A stretch of 63,440 nt of DNA, counting the filler, from Rhabdomonas costata (Eukaryota), in NCBI GenBank assembly GCA_019059605.1. It is 28 parts of 28 records of this genome, joined end to end, with 100 filler letters (N's around TTAATTAATTAA, not from the genome) between each part and the next. Parts side by side here need not be neighbours in the genome. Positions count along the whole stretch, not along the records: positions 49,934 to 52,103 come from JAHMHO010005112.1; positions 52,204 to 54,371 come from JAHMHO010005113.1; positions 54,472 to 56,639 come from JAHMHO010005114.1; positions 56,740 to 58,907 come from JAHMHO010005115.1; positions 59,008 to 61,175 come from JAHMHO010005116.1; 23 more parts are not named here. One strand, 5' to 3'. The notes beneath the pieces are model-generated. The model was not told the DNA's origin and made no database searches. It saw nothing but the letters and a program-made list of their open reading frames with translations. The position numbers and the translations under genes were made by a program. Shown one piece after another: positions 50,093 through 61,175 of this stretch. Position 1 is the stretch's first letter; each line of letters begins with the position of its first letter.

Positions 50093-52079
50093 GTGTCCTG
50101 CTGCGCTCTCTCTTTGTACAGCTTCATGCTTTGAACACGTACTTTGCACAGTTTTGCTTGTGCTCTGCCTAGGAAAGCAGCATTGACACAAAGGGCCGGG
50201 ACAGTTGGGTATTGCGAGCTGTCCAGTGTAGTGCACATGACATGACGCCGCTTTACGGTAAAGCGTTGAGGTGTCCGACGCGCATGATGACGTTTTTACG
50301 CCTTACTAACATGGAATTTATTTGGGATATGATATATGCTTAAGCTCTGAGATCTTAAGCGCCGTCATCCGATCGTGGAATGCACACTGGCGAAGCGAAA
50401 GCAAGAACGACATGGCCCATGAAACCTAGAAACCGTGGCTCGGGCGTCCCCGGTGCACGCTTGCGTCCTTTGATATTCTGACTCTTTGCACCGGACAGCA
50501 GGAAAGCTTGCTGCATCATTCCCCCCCCCTCTCTGCCACCCCATTTTTCTGTCGAACCGACAAAAGGACAAATGAATATTCACTCCTGGAGGATATGGGC
50601 GACATGGGCGACGTGGTTCTGCGCTTTAATCAGTTGATGGTGGACGATTTCCCCCCCTCGTATCACCACAGTGCCCGTGTTTGTTTTTGCTCCCTCCTGC
50701 TCTCCGACCTTCTCTTCTTCCTATCCTCTTGTTGTTGTGCTACCCTCCCCCCCCCCTGCCCTCCCGAGCGGTTTTTTGTTCTGTGCTTGCTCTGTGTGTA
50801 CTCCTCGGGTGTTGCTTCTGTTTGAATTGCGGCCCAGAGGGTGTGGTCTGACATCTCGACTGTATGTGCCCTTCCGGAGGCACGGACACCGTCCCACTGG
50901 TGCGTATCCCCCCACCGTTCCACGAAGATACTCTGTCTGTGTTTTCTCCTTATCCGTGCATTGTGATTGCAAGCTGTATGTGGCGACATTGGATGTTCTC
51001 CAAAAGACCCAACCGGTTAGCGTGAAGGCTGCTTGGCACCAATCGAGTATTGTGGTGCGAAGACGACTGATTCGCTTTTGTTCGGCCTCCTCTGCTGAAT
51101 TGTTAGAGGGGACTCCCCGTCACTTTCTCTTCATTATTTGGTTCTCAGGTGTTGCGGGGGAGGGGTAATGGCTTCCACTGACAGCAATTTTGGCATTGTG
51201 CGATGCCAAAGTCGTTTAAGGCGCCCAGATCAAGTTCCCACCGCGCTCCTGCAGTTGCGGCACTGGCCCCTGTAAACGGAAGCTTTTTTTTTACCGAATC
51301 CCATCATGCGCTAGTCCATAGCCAAAAACCACTTCAGTAGTTTATGAGATGTCAACCAAAATGAACTCATATAGGGAGCACCAGCAAAGTTTACCTTATC
51401 GTGAGGGTGCTGGCATTACCTGACCGCTAGTCCCAAGGTAAACAAAAAACATCCAATACTCATTTTCTATAACCAGTGATAACTGACAAAGCTCGATTTT
51501 AAAATGCCCTTTTTAGGGTCAATAATTCCCCAGCTCGAACCCCCCTTTCCCCTATCGGGTCAATGTTGACTTTTGTGGTAGGCTGGGTGCCCATTGTGAA
51601 ACAACATTGACTACAGGGGGAAAGGGGTGCACATATGCTTTGCACAGCAACCGCAAAAGTGCCCAAATCGGCTCTTTCCAACTAAAAAGGCCAAAGTTAG
51701 GGGTAAAACGATGGTTTTTAGGCCAAAATTGATGGAAAAAAAGAAGCAAATTACAAGTACACGAGGATGAGTGGGGTGCGACGACACAAATAAATTTACT
51801 TGAGGGTAAGAGGAGTTCCGGTGGCGGAGAAGCAAAAAGATCTTGAATTATTGACCCTTTTTTACTGTGTGATAGGGCATTTTAAAATCGAGCTTTTTCA
51901 ACTATTAAACTGTACCTCCTCTAATCTTTGAACCTGTTCTTTAACTTGCACTTTCGTAGCCATATGCTATTCCAGTTGTTTTTGAAATCACCAATTTGGA
52001 AGTAAATTATCCGCTGTTTTTGTTCAGGAGCTGGAGTCGAGCTGCGATCCGAGCGTTGGCAGCGCCACGGACTCTCTGA
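50093..52079 (+). CDS. C-terminal four exons of an unidentified protein (host gene of a snoRNA candidate and a MITE)
   Basis: Exons 50093-50138, 50567-50659, 50838-50861 and 52028-52079 are phase-compatible GT-AG: VLLRSLFVQLHALNT|TNEYSLLEDMGDMGDVVLRFNQLMVDDFPPS|GCGLTSRL|SWSRAAIRALAAPRTL*. Confidence 0.6.
50280..50353 (+). ncRNA. Candidate intronic box C/D snoRNA
   Basis: Box C ATGATGA 50284-50290; D'-like CTAA 50306-50309; C'-like ATGATA 50329-50334; box D CTGA 50347-50350. ATATGCTTAAG (50334-50344) is antisense to the conserved LSU rRNA 5' motif CUUAAGCAUAU. Confidence 0.65.
51474..51912. mobile_element. MITE candidate with bipartite terminal inverted repeats
   Basis: AAAGCTCGATTTTAAAATGCCCT (51488-51510) and AGGGTCAATAATTC (51515-51528) are perfectly inverted at 51874-51896 and 51845-51858. 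A degenerate extension reaches CAGT...ACTG termini. No ORF. Confidence 0.7.
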
Positions 52080-52359
52080 ACTCTTCCCTTCCGCCCCCCT
52101 TGCNNNNNNNNNNNNNNNNNNNNNNNNNNNNNNNNNNNNNNNNNNNNTTAATTAATTAANNNNNNNNNNNNNNNNNNNNNNNNNNNNNNNNNNNNNNNNN
52201 NNNGTGGTGGGGTCGGTGGTTGTGGTGGGCAATGAGATGGTTGCTGGCATGGTGGAATTAAACGCAGTTGCGGTTGGCGTGGTTGTGATGAACTCTCCCA
52301 GCATTCAGAGTGCTTGCTCGGATGTGGCGGGTGGGATTGGTCTGTGTCAGCTCTTCTTT

Positions 52360-53150
52360 GGAGTTTGACATGGGTGGCATCAAGCACCTGGTCCTGTTGC
52401 TGGGCCTTGGCACTGTGAACTCCATGGACTGCGTCTTCGAGCTCCTCGGCCCGAGTGACTTCCGCGCCCGAGCTGCTCGCGCCCTGGTGCAGGCTTGCTC
52501 GCGCCCTGGTGCGTGTGAACGCAGGCGCCTTCCCGGAAGAGCAGATTGCGGCGCTGCTGCTGCGGTGTGTCAACCTGTTGGAGGACAACAGGCGGTGCTG
52601 CAGATATGTCTATGAGCTCTGGCATTGCCCTCCTGCAATTCTGGCTTGTTGAACCTGAGGCTGGGATGCCGGCTTCAGAACGGAGCGAACTACTCTTTGC
52701 TGTGTGGATCGGGGTGAGGTGTCCAGCGCTTGCTTTTCTGGTTGCTGAGGGTGTGGCAGCGGTTGCGCTGCGGTACAAGAGGCGCAACGGACATGCTGGT
52801 GAGCTAGCTGTGAGGCGAGCATGGGACTCCCACTGTGGAGGCGACGTGAGAACCTGGATCCACGTGCGCCTGCGCTTCTGCGCGGACTTCTGGCTGGTTT
52901 GGCGTCGAAGTTGGTGCGATACTCGAACCCTGGTGTTGGAGGCCTTCCGGCCTCCATCCGCCAGGCTTTTAGATTTCAGCGGCAGCGGGACTACCCGACG
53001 CACCGCTTATACCGCGCCTTCGGGTGCGAGCTGATTCGGCTAGGAGCGCCGATGGGTTGCCTGCCGAAGGAGCTGCGAGCAGTTCTGCGACCCTGCGTTC
53101 AACAAAAGGCGGATAAACTGAGTAGATGCTTCCGCCTTGAGACAGTGACT
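52360..53150 (+). pseudogene. Frameshifted remnant of an unidentified alpha-helical protein gene
   Basis: Protein-like segments hop frames (FDMGGIKHLVLLLGL...ARALV / RVNAGAFPEEQIAALLLRCVNLL...YEL / GIALLQFWL...). One shift coincides with a 17-nt tandem duplication. Confidence 0.45.
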
Positions 53151-53507
53151 GTGAGTAGTAGTAGGAGCTTGCAAGACGGTTGGGCGGAGAAGGGTGACCT
53201 GTGTCTTGTGCCGTTCTTCTGTTTGGACTGGGGACAGAAACCGCCCGCACGTGACGCTTTGCCACAATGCTGTCATGTGCAGGTTTTGTTTCAACTGAAG
53301 ACAAGGGTATGACGTCTTCCCTTCTGTCTCCCCTCTGACCCAAGATCGGGCTGCATAACGAACCCTACCATCGCACCATTTTGCAGCCAATAGTATGTAG
53401 TTGTGTGAATCAAAATTTTCATTACTCTTTTGAAATCCAGGCAGTTGATTTTCCATGGTTGTCTTTTTTGTTGCATTTGTTTGCTCCGCCTTTTATGACT
53501 GAGAACC

Positions 53508-54371
53508 ATGCGGGTCACCATTGCTGCAGCCATCGCTGTGACAGCGCTATTTTCTGTACCCGTATGGGGATCTGAGGAGCTCACTAACCGTTCCCTGCCG
53601 TCTCCGAAGCATCTGGATAATACCTCGCACATTTTTTGCGCCAAAGCGGACCTGGCTGCACAACTTAAAGCATGGAGGTCAGTGAATCGGAATGCGAGTG
53701 TATTTGTTTCGCTCGGAGGGATTGTGTTGACCCCCTTCCATTCAGATCGAAGCCCTGAACTTCCGTTGCGGATGACTGCTGGGGACAAGGCATGCCTTAG
53801 CGTGGGCATCCCTGGGGAATACTCGAGACTGAAGGGCGTGCCCGCCACTTTTGGCCCTGACAGTCTTCAGGTGCACCTGAACAGTTCAGATGCGTGGGTG
53901 AGCGTCGCTATGCATGTATGTAGTATAGTGGAGGCCAACAGCACCCATGTTGTGGAGCCACCGTCCGGAAGAAATGCCAGCACGCCCGTTCTTGTGATCT
54001 ACTGTGGCATGCTCACTGTTGCGGATTCAGGTTCATATGACCTGTCTGTAGCTCGAGAATATGGCGATTTTTTATGGGCTACGGACTGGCCTATTGTTTG
54101 TGTTTCACTGTTGAAGCGGCGTCTAGCCACAAAGCGGCTAGCTTCTCACCGGCAACGCTATGAAGCGGCATGGAGACCGATGATGCTTGGCTCGTGGCCG
54201 GGCGTTTTATTGGTTGCGTCCCACCCTCAACAGCAGCTCCCCATCTGCACACCAGGAAAACCTCATCCAGGACGTTGGGTAACAACTCCAGTCTACACCC
54301 CGCTGACCGATCGCCACGGCTTCGAATGGCGGCCCTTTCAATGCCGGTATGAGTATTATTCCCCTGAGCAG
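53508..54371 (+). CDS. Secreted NXPE/TBL (PC-esterase)-like protein, N-terminal part, 3'-truncated
   Basis: 864-nt uninterrupted ORF: signal peptide, a beta-rich region (YCGMLTVADSGSYDLSV), then LPICTPGKPHPGRWV...FEWRPFQCRYEYYS. This Cys/Trp motif (C...GRWV...WxPxxC) precedes the SGNH domain in this family. Confidence 0.7.
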
Positions 54372-57300
54372 NNNNNNNNNNNNNNNNNNNNNNNNNNNNN
54401 NNNNNNNNNNNNNNNTTAATTAATTAANNNNNNNNNNNNNNNNNNNNNNNNNNNNNNNNNNNNNNNNNNNNGTGTGGGGTGTGCATGCAGCAGGTCTTTC
54501 TGGCGCCTGCACCTCTGGTGCACTTCTGGTGCACTTCTGGTGGGCGCCCGAAGCCGAGGTCCGGGGTGCACTTGTTCCTCGAATCGCCAGGCAGGCACAG
54601 TGAAGTACGATGTGAGGAAAACCTGCACTTCATTTTACCGACTTAAAAATGTGAGCAGTTATCTTCTCGGCGGGTTCGGCCCGTTTTACCGGCAAGCCCC
54701 GACACTTGGTGGGTGATTCTTGGCTGGAATTGCAGCAACTTGGGTGAGTCGGCATCTTGGCTTTATGGAGTCACGCATCCCATTCCAAAGAGATGCTCCT
54801 CAAACACCCACCGCAGGCCTTATACGAGAGGAGAATATGCACCCATATGCACCCATTTCTTATGTGCCGTGATTTTAGAATATGCACCCATATGAAAAAC
54901 AACAACCCCGTAAATGCGTGCCAGTGTCTCTGTTCATGTCGAGTTTCACGGTGAACTTGTCTGAAGGTTTGGCAAGTATAGGGCTGAGGATGTAGAGCTG
55001 AGGGGTTCCGATAAGGTGGGGACAGAGACCATGTCGACCCCCGGCATGTGGAGAGCAACTGGTTGGCTGTCGTATAAAGGAAGGTCAGCTGGGGAGTCCT
55101 GATGAAAGTGCCCCATTCCACGTGCCCTCTGCTCGCGGCTGCTGAGCTTGTCCATCGAGGGAAAACACCCTCCGGAGCTGTACACGGGAGGGTAGGGTGG
55201 GGGTGGGGGGCAGAAAAAAACGGACGAAAAATGGCTTTTCATATTTTCAACTCCTACCTCGTTTTCGTGATCCTTTCTCAGTTGGATTCCATACAATTCG
55301 CAGGTTTAAGGAATGCGAATTTCATCTACCCAGAAACTAAATAATCTCTTCCATGATACACGTTTCGCCCTCCAACCCGCCTGCCAATACCCTCTTCTTT
55401 CGACTGCATTCATACCCTACAACCTTTGCACCAGGAACCCTGGACCTGGGCCCAGGTTGCCCTGGAAAAAAAGAACCAATCCCAAACCCGAATACACCCA
55501 CTGGATTTCAGCAACCTGAAGGGCTGAGAGACCCAACGAAGAGGGACTTCACTGGAGTCCTTTGGCTGCAGGTACGAACAGTGCCCCGCTGTCCTATGAG
55601 AGAAATTGAGTGGAAAATCACCGATGGTACAAAATCAGAAGAAAATTCAAAAACAAGGGGGGGGGGACCGAGGATCAAAAACGTGACATCAAAGGCAACC
55701 TTCCAGATTGCCCGTCAAAGCGAAACCCCGGGATGTGATTCCATCTTTCAGAAGCGCAGGGGTCTTCAAGGACCTGCAAAAAGCAAACAGGTAAAATCGT
55801 GGGAAAGGTTGACAATTTGGGGTGGTTACTGGGAGAGGAAGCACCCAAGAACAGCACGCCACCAACACGCACCGGACTGTCGCCTGGGTTGGAGGCCAAA
55901 TATGTCGCCCAACGTCTTTCTCGCTGCTCTCTTGAACACGTTTTGTCAAACTGAACATGCCCAGGGGCATGGGTCCACCTGATAATTTTTTTCGGAAAAA
56001 AATACAAGAAGAAAACACAATACAACACGATGCGAAAAGCAATGCAAGACTGCCTTTCAGCGTCCGTCTGCAGGGTGTCATTGTGTGGGGCATGGTCACG
56101 AACAAGCGCGGCAGACTTGGGCCTCGAGCTGAAGACACTGCTTCTGCAAGAACAAAATACTTAGTAAAAAGACAAGTTCACTCGCAAACGTTTATCTCTC
56201 TCTCTCTCTCTCTCTGAAAAGACAAACCGGACAAACCGGAGACGCAGTTTGACGCCCAGCCTCCCAGCCTTCGTGTCAGAGCCGTTTGGCGACATTGACA
56301 ATCCAATTGTCCCAGGGCGAGATTCTGCTCCCATATGGGATGGCAATGAACCAAGGCAGGGAGGTGCCGAGGGGGGTCGACGGCGGGCTCGCGAAGATAT
56401 TACACATCTATATCAAAAAGAAAACGTCACGAAAATCCAGGCAACACAAAATGAAGTCAATAAAAAACAACGCAAGCCCACCTCACTTGAGATGTGGCAG
56501 TCTTTTCCGGGGAGTCTGATTCCGGTGACATCACAGGGCTTTGCTCCATCGGTAAGGTACACACCATGTGTCAGATAGAAACAAAAACAATGCAAACCAC
56601 TGCAATTACCACCACAAGTGTAGAGTAGCCACACCACCCNNNNNNNNNNNNNNNNNNNNNNNNNNNNNNNNNNNNNNNNNNNNTTAATTAATTAANNNNN
56701 NNNNNNNNNNNNNNNNNNNNNNNNNNNNNNNNNNNNNNNAAGCTGTGAACATTGCTGTCTAGATCTCCAACACCACAAAAAATCGCTCGTTTGCAGTGTG
56801 AAAAGTACGGCCCTACAGATGCAACTTGAGCACCCACCCACAGACACCGTGGCTTCTGAGGTGTGCACCGGGTTCTCCGGAGAAGGCGGAAGAGGTGAAG
56901 CGGAAGGAGAAGGAGGAAATTGCTCCAAAACCTGCGTGTGGCAGGAAGCAGTGCGGGCAAACAGTAAACACATATGAAATGCACAATATGGAATCGGGCT
57001 CTGGGATAGGCCCACTGCTTGCTCATATTTCCAATTTAGCACCTTTCTCTGCCACCAACCACTGGAAAGAAGAGCATCATAGATACGCTTTTCGGGTACC
57101 TGACTATATCCTCTCTTTTCAATAAAAAAACACCAAGCGGCGTGACTGACTGATACGAATTGACTGATATCCGTGTTGTTGGCGTTAATTGAGAATAGCA
57201 TCAGAACCATTGAGGAGTGTCCGAAAGGACGAGGGCGGTCCGACAGCAAAACAACGAAGGCAGCAGCTGCAGAGGTGAAAAAAGAGAGCGAAAATACAGG

Positions 57301-59642
57301 AATACAAATGGGCTGACGGCGTTCGTGTTGTTTGCACAGACGATCCTGAGGAGTAAGTTCTTGATGAGGGCAGTTTTTCCGAACAATGATGATAAATTGA
57401 AATGAAGCTGGACATCGCCAAACTTTCACCAAATCGCCGAAACATACAAAGATATTTTAATTTTCAAGGCGAGTCTTAAAACAGAGAACGCTGGAGCCTG
57501 GGTTCTTTCAAGATAGAATCTAAACATAAGGTCCTCACGGCCCCGCTCACAAACGGACCGCATAAAGTGTGCCCTTCTTCTCCCTGAACGGGACCCAGTG
57601 TGAGTCTCAGTGTTAAAAAGCTGCTCGGGTTTCTGCGAGCGCATTCTGAGCAAGAGATTGTGCTCTTGATCTTTGGGGAGAGAGCGAGAGCGGAAACAAT
57701 TATCGGCAGGGACAGACAAACAACGCTGAAGCAGGCCATAACTTGTGGCATCCTACTTGTTCCTAAAATGGCATGCTAATGATGACATGCACCAACCGTC
57801 ATCGTTTCAAAGCAAATGCTTTTGGTCAGATTACATGATGAATTTAAACCCTAATCCCGCTTCCGTGATAACTCAAAGAAGTACTTCTTTCTTCGGTCAG
57901 AGACACGCGGGTCTCAGGTACAATTCAAAGAAAAAGAAATCCCAAAGTGGTCCAGGTTAACGATTGGGCGAAGAAGACCTGGCAATTAAAAGCGCGACTC
58001 GCGGGGACACCTCTCTCACAGAAAAGTACAGTAAACCCTAACAAAGAAAAGATGTGCACCATGAGCGTACTCACGCGTGCCCGGGTCACACATAAAGTCC
58101 CCACTGCACCCCTCTCTTCTCTTACCTCTCCTGCCCCTGCCCACCGACAGACGCCAAACGCCAACAAACGCAAATAAGGCAACATCTATCCTTCAACCTC
58201 CGGGGAGTCACAATGGGTGTGCATGGAAAAACACAAAACAGGAAGGAACCAAAGAGTAAGATTCCAGCCTGTTCGGTCAAACGCAAATACACAATTGCGT
58301 ATGAAAACCAAGAAATAAAGCTATTTTGGCTGGTGGGTTTCAAGGAGACCTTGCTGCCCAACCTACGGAAGTGAAAGCCCTGCATTCACAAAACAATGCA
58401 AGGGAACATGAGCAGCACCCAAGGAAACCAGGCAAAGATACTCTTCTGAAAAGGGCAGCACGACGGCATCAATGCAACTGCTCTGACTTTCCGGTGCCAC
58501 AACACAGGCGGGCCCAAACTGCAACAGTGGTCAAACTCCGACTCCAACTCTGGCGGAAGGCATCCCAAGCTCATGCACGCTCCACAAACAGGCACAGCGA
58601 GACGCTTGGCTCTTCAAACGGTCAGTAGAAAAGGGGAGTAGGTTGGCACCACAGCATGACGGATGAGCAGTGCCTTTCTACACACAATAAAGCAGAACGT
58701 TGGAATAAGCCAGGCTCCGGTTTATTCTCGTCTCTTATGCTAACCGAAGCCCACACAGGAGCACCGCCAAGAACTTAACTGGCCATGACTGGTCATACAT
58801 CCTAGAACACTGAAGGGTACATAAAAAAGGTAAAGACAAGAGAGAAATGAGCAAAAAAAAAAAAGGGCAGTAAACCACCACTGGGCGCAGCTTATCCCCC
58901 ACCCCACNNNNNNNNNNNNNNNNNNNNNNNNNNNNNNNNNNNNNNNNNNNNTTAATTAATTAANNNNNNNNNNNNNNNNNNNNNNNNNNNNNNNNNNNNN
59001 NNNNNNNGTTTTTTTGTCGTGAATCTTGACAGCTGCCGCTAACTGCTAAGTGCTAATTGTTGTGGCATGGAATTGTGTTCGGCGACCGGCCGCATGGTTT
59101 TCTGGTTCGTTTTGCTTTAAAATGAATGCCAAAACGAATGAATTAAATCAAAGAGCCATTGCGGACAGCAGAGAAGAACAGCAGAATAAGGAGAGCGATT
59201 TCGCGGGGGGGGGGGTTGGTTTGCTTGAAGGCACTTTTTTCCCTACTGACTCGCAGCAACTAAACCGAAAAACTAGGCTGCTTTGAGCTGCCCGGAGCGC
59301 CATATATTCATCCGCTTTTGATATGACTTTCAGAGTTTCATCTGATTTTGTTATCTCAGGAGAACTCGCAAGCGAGGGTGCCGGACAATTCTTCGAAACG
59401 GGAAAAACTCAATCCAAACCTCAATTCTAACTCAGCTTTCTTGTGCCAGTCTGTTAGAAGTTCAAGCATTTTTTGAGCCTTTGGGAACCTTTTGGAAGAT
59501 GGGTTTCTTTTCATTTTTATCTTTGTGTATTTGCAGGTTGGTGTTGCAGCCTTTTCTTTTTCTCCCCCTTTCGTAATGAGGGACCCTGCCATTACAACAG
59601 CCGGATGGCCCAGGCGATGCCTTGGTGCAATGGAAGTTAGGT

Positions 59643-60015
59643 GAGGGGGGGGGGTAACGGTGGTACCAGTGGTAACAGTATTTGTTATGAGAGCATTTTT
59701 TTTAGTTCTTAAAGGGTCCTCAGATCACGTCCCCGACGGCTCCGGCCGCGGCGCGGGCTGGCCTTCGCCCCTAAGCTAATGTTGCCCTTCTCGTCCGCCC
59801 ATATCCCAGCCATTGGCGAGTCCGGAGCCGTAAGCCCATAGCAGTAGTTTTCAGCTGTTAAGAAAAAAATCATCTAAGGAGCACTGGAAAAGCTCACCCT
59901 AATCCCCCTACACAAAAATAAAGTCATTTCGAGAGTGCTGGCATACGTCACCGCTTTAACTTAATTTTAAGCCAATTTTCTGTTACCAGTGGTAACCATT
60001 AGCTCTCCCCCCCCC
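59643..60015. mobile_element. Possible MITE with imperfect ~30-bp inverted ends
   Basis: G9-TAACGGTGGTACCAGTGGTAACAG at ~59645-59678 versus CTGTTACCAGTGGTAACCATTAGCTCT-C9 at ~59980-60015. Confidence 0.45.
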
Positions 60016-60231
60016 AAAAAAAAACTTCCAGTGGGCCTTGATTGGGATGTGTCCCGGACATTACTTAACCCCTTGTTTCTTCCGCCATCCATCACTTATG
60101 TCGAGAGTTCTTGGAAACTGTTTGACCCGTTGTGTGTTTCTGCTCACGTTTGAATTCAGCTTTGCTTTGGTGAGTTTTTTTTTCTGCCATTCTGCCCCTT
60201 TCCCCCTTCTCCCGATTCCATCACCAGTCGC

Positions 60232-61175
60232 ATGGCTTCTGGAGGTTTTGCCGTGCGATGGGTCTTTCTTGCGCTTCTTCTTCCTCTGCTCTTGTCATGC
60301 TCCCCGAAAAGCTTTTCCTCCGCTGCCCAAGTGACATGCGTTCCGGCAGATTACAAGCCCCGCTACGGGCCGTGTAACTCCACCACCCACACACGGACCG
60401 TGCAGTATGTCAAGGCAAGGCCCAGCTGTGAGGGCCCGGACTCCCTGGGCTCTGACCAGACGGGGTGCCACTGCACCCTGGACGAGTACCAGCCCATCTG
60501 GGGCCCTTGCACCAGTGGGCGGCGCCACATTGTGGGGTTTGGTTACTTACTGCGGTTCTGCGAAACCGACTTGAAAGCATCAACGTTCGCTGTCATGTGT
60601 CTCTAGGGGGGGGGCATCGGTCAGCATCGGTCAGTGAGCATATGATGCTCAAAAGCAAACGCGGTTCGGAATTCGGTTCGCGCATACGTATTTGGGAATC
60701 CTCCATTGTATTGAGGTACTTGCCTTTCTGTTTGCTTGCTTGCCTTATTATCTGGCGGCCCTGGGGTTAAGAGGGCAGTGCAGTACACGAGCAGTCTTTG
60801 GGAGGATTTGCTGAGCCTGCGGCCTACGGAGAATGAGATAGCCGCAGGGGTCATGTCCTCAGCGGAAACCGTTATGCATGCACGATGTCTTTGTTCTTGT
60901 TTCTTTTTTCTTCAAATCGCATGTCTCTTCTGTTGCTGCTGGTGAGGTCCACTCAGTCCTGTTCAGTAAGGAATATTCAACAACAATTCAGACCTGCAGT
61001 GAACATCGGACAACTTCAGGTGGAACTTCACGGGGTGTGAGGCGGCGCAGCTTCCTCCCACAAGTAGCCTTCCTCCGAGCCCCTGCCAGTGCACAGAGGC
61101 CGACATTGCGTCATCGTACACGGACTGCGATCCTGCCACGAACACGAAGACTCTCGTGCACTACTACACGAACCC
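60232..61175 (+). CDS. Secreted/membrane Cys-repeat protein (repeats resemble ELAPOR/UPF0577-type CxxxDYxxxYxxC units), N-terminal fragment
   Basis: Exons 60232-60536 and 61020-61175: signal peptide, then CVPADYKPRYGPC...RTVQY, CTLDEYQPIWGPC...RHIVG|W and CTEADIASSYTDC...KTLVHY. Confidence 0.7.

Noticed and set aside
57779..57870. Two ATGATGA box-C-like motifs
   Set aside because: No downstream CTGA box D and no recognisable rRNA guide.
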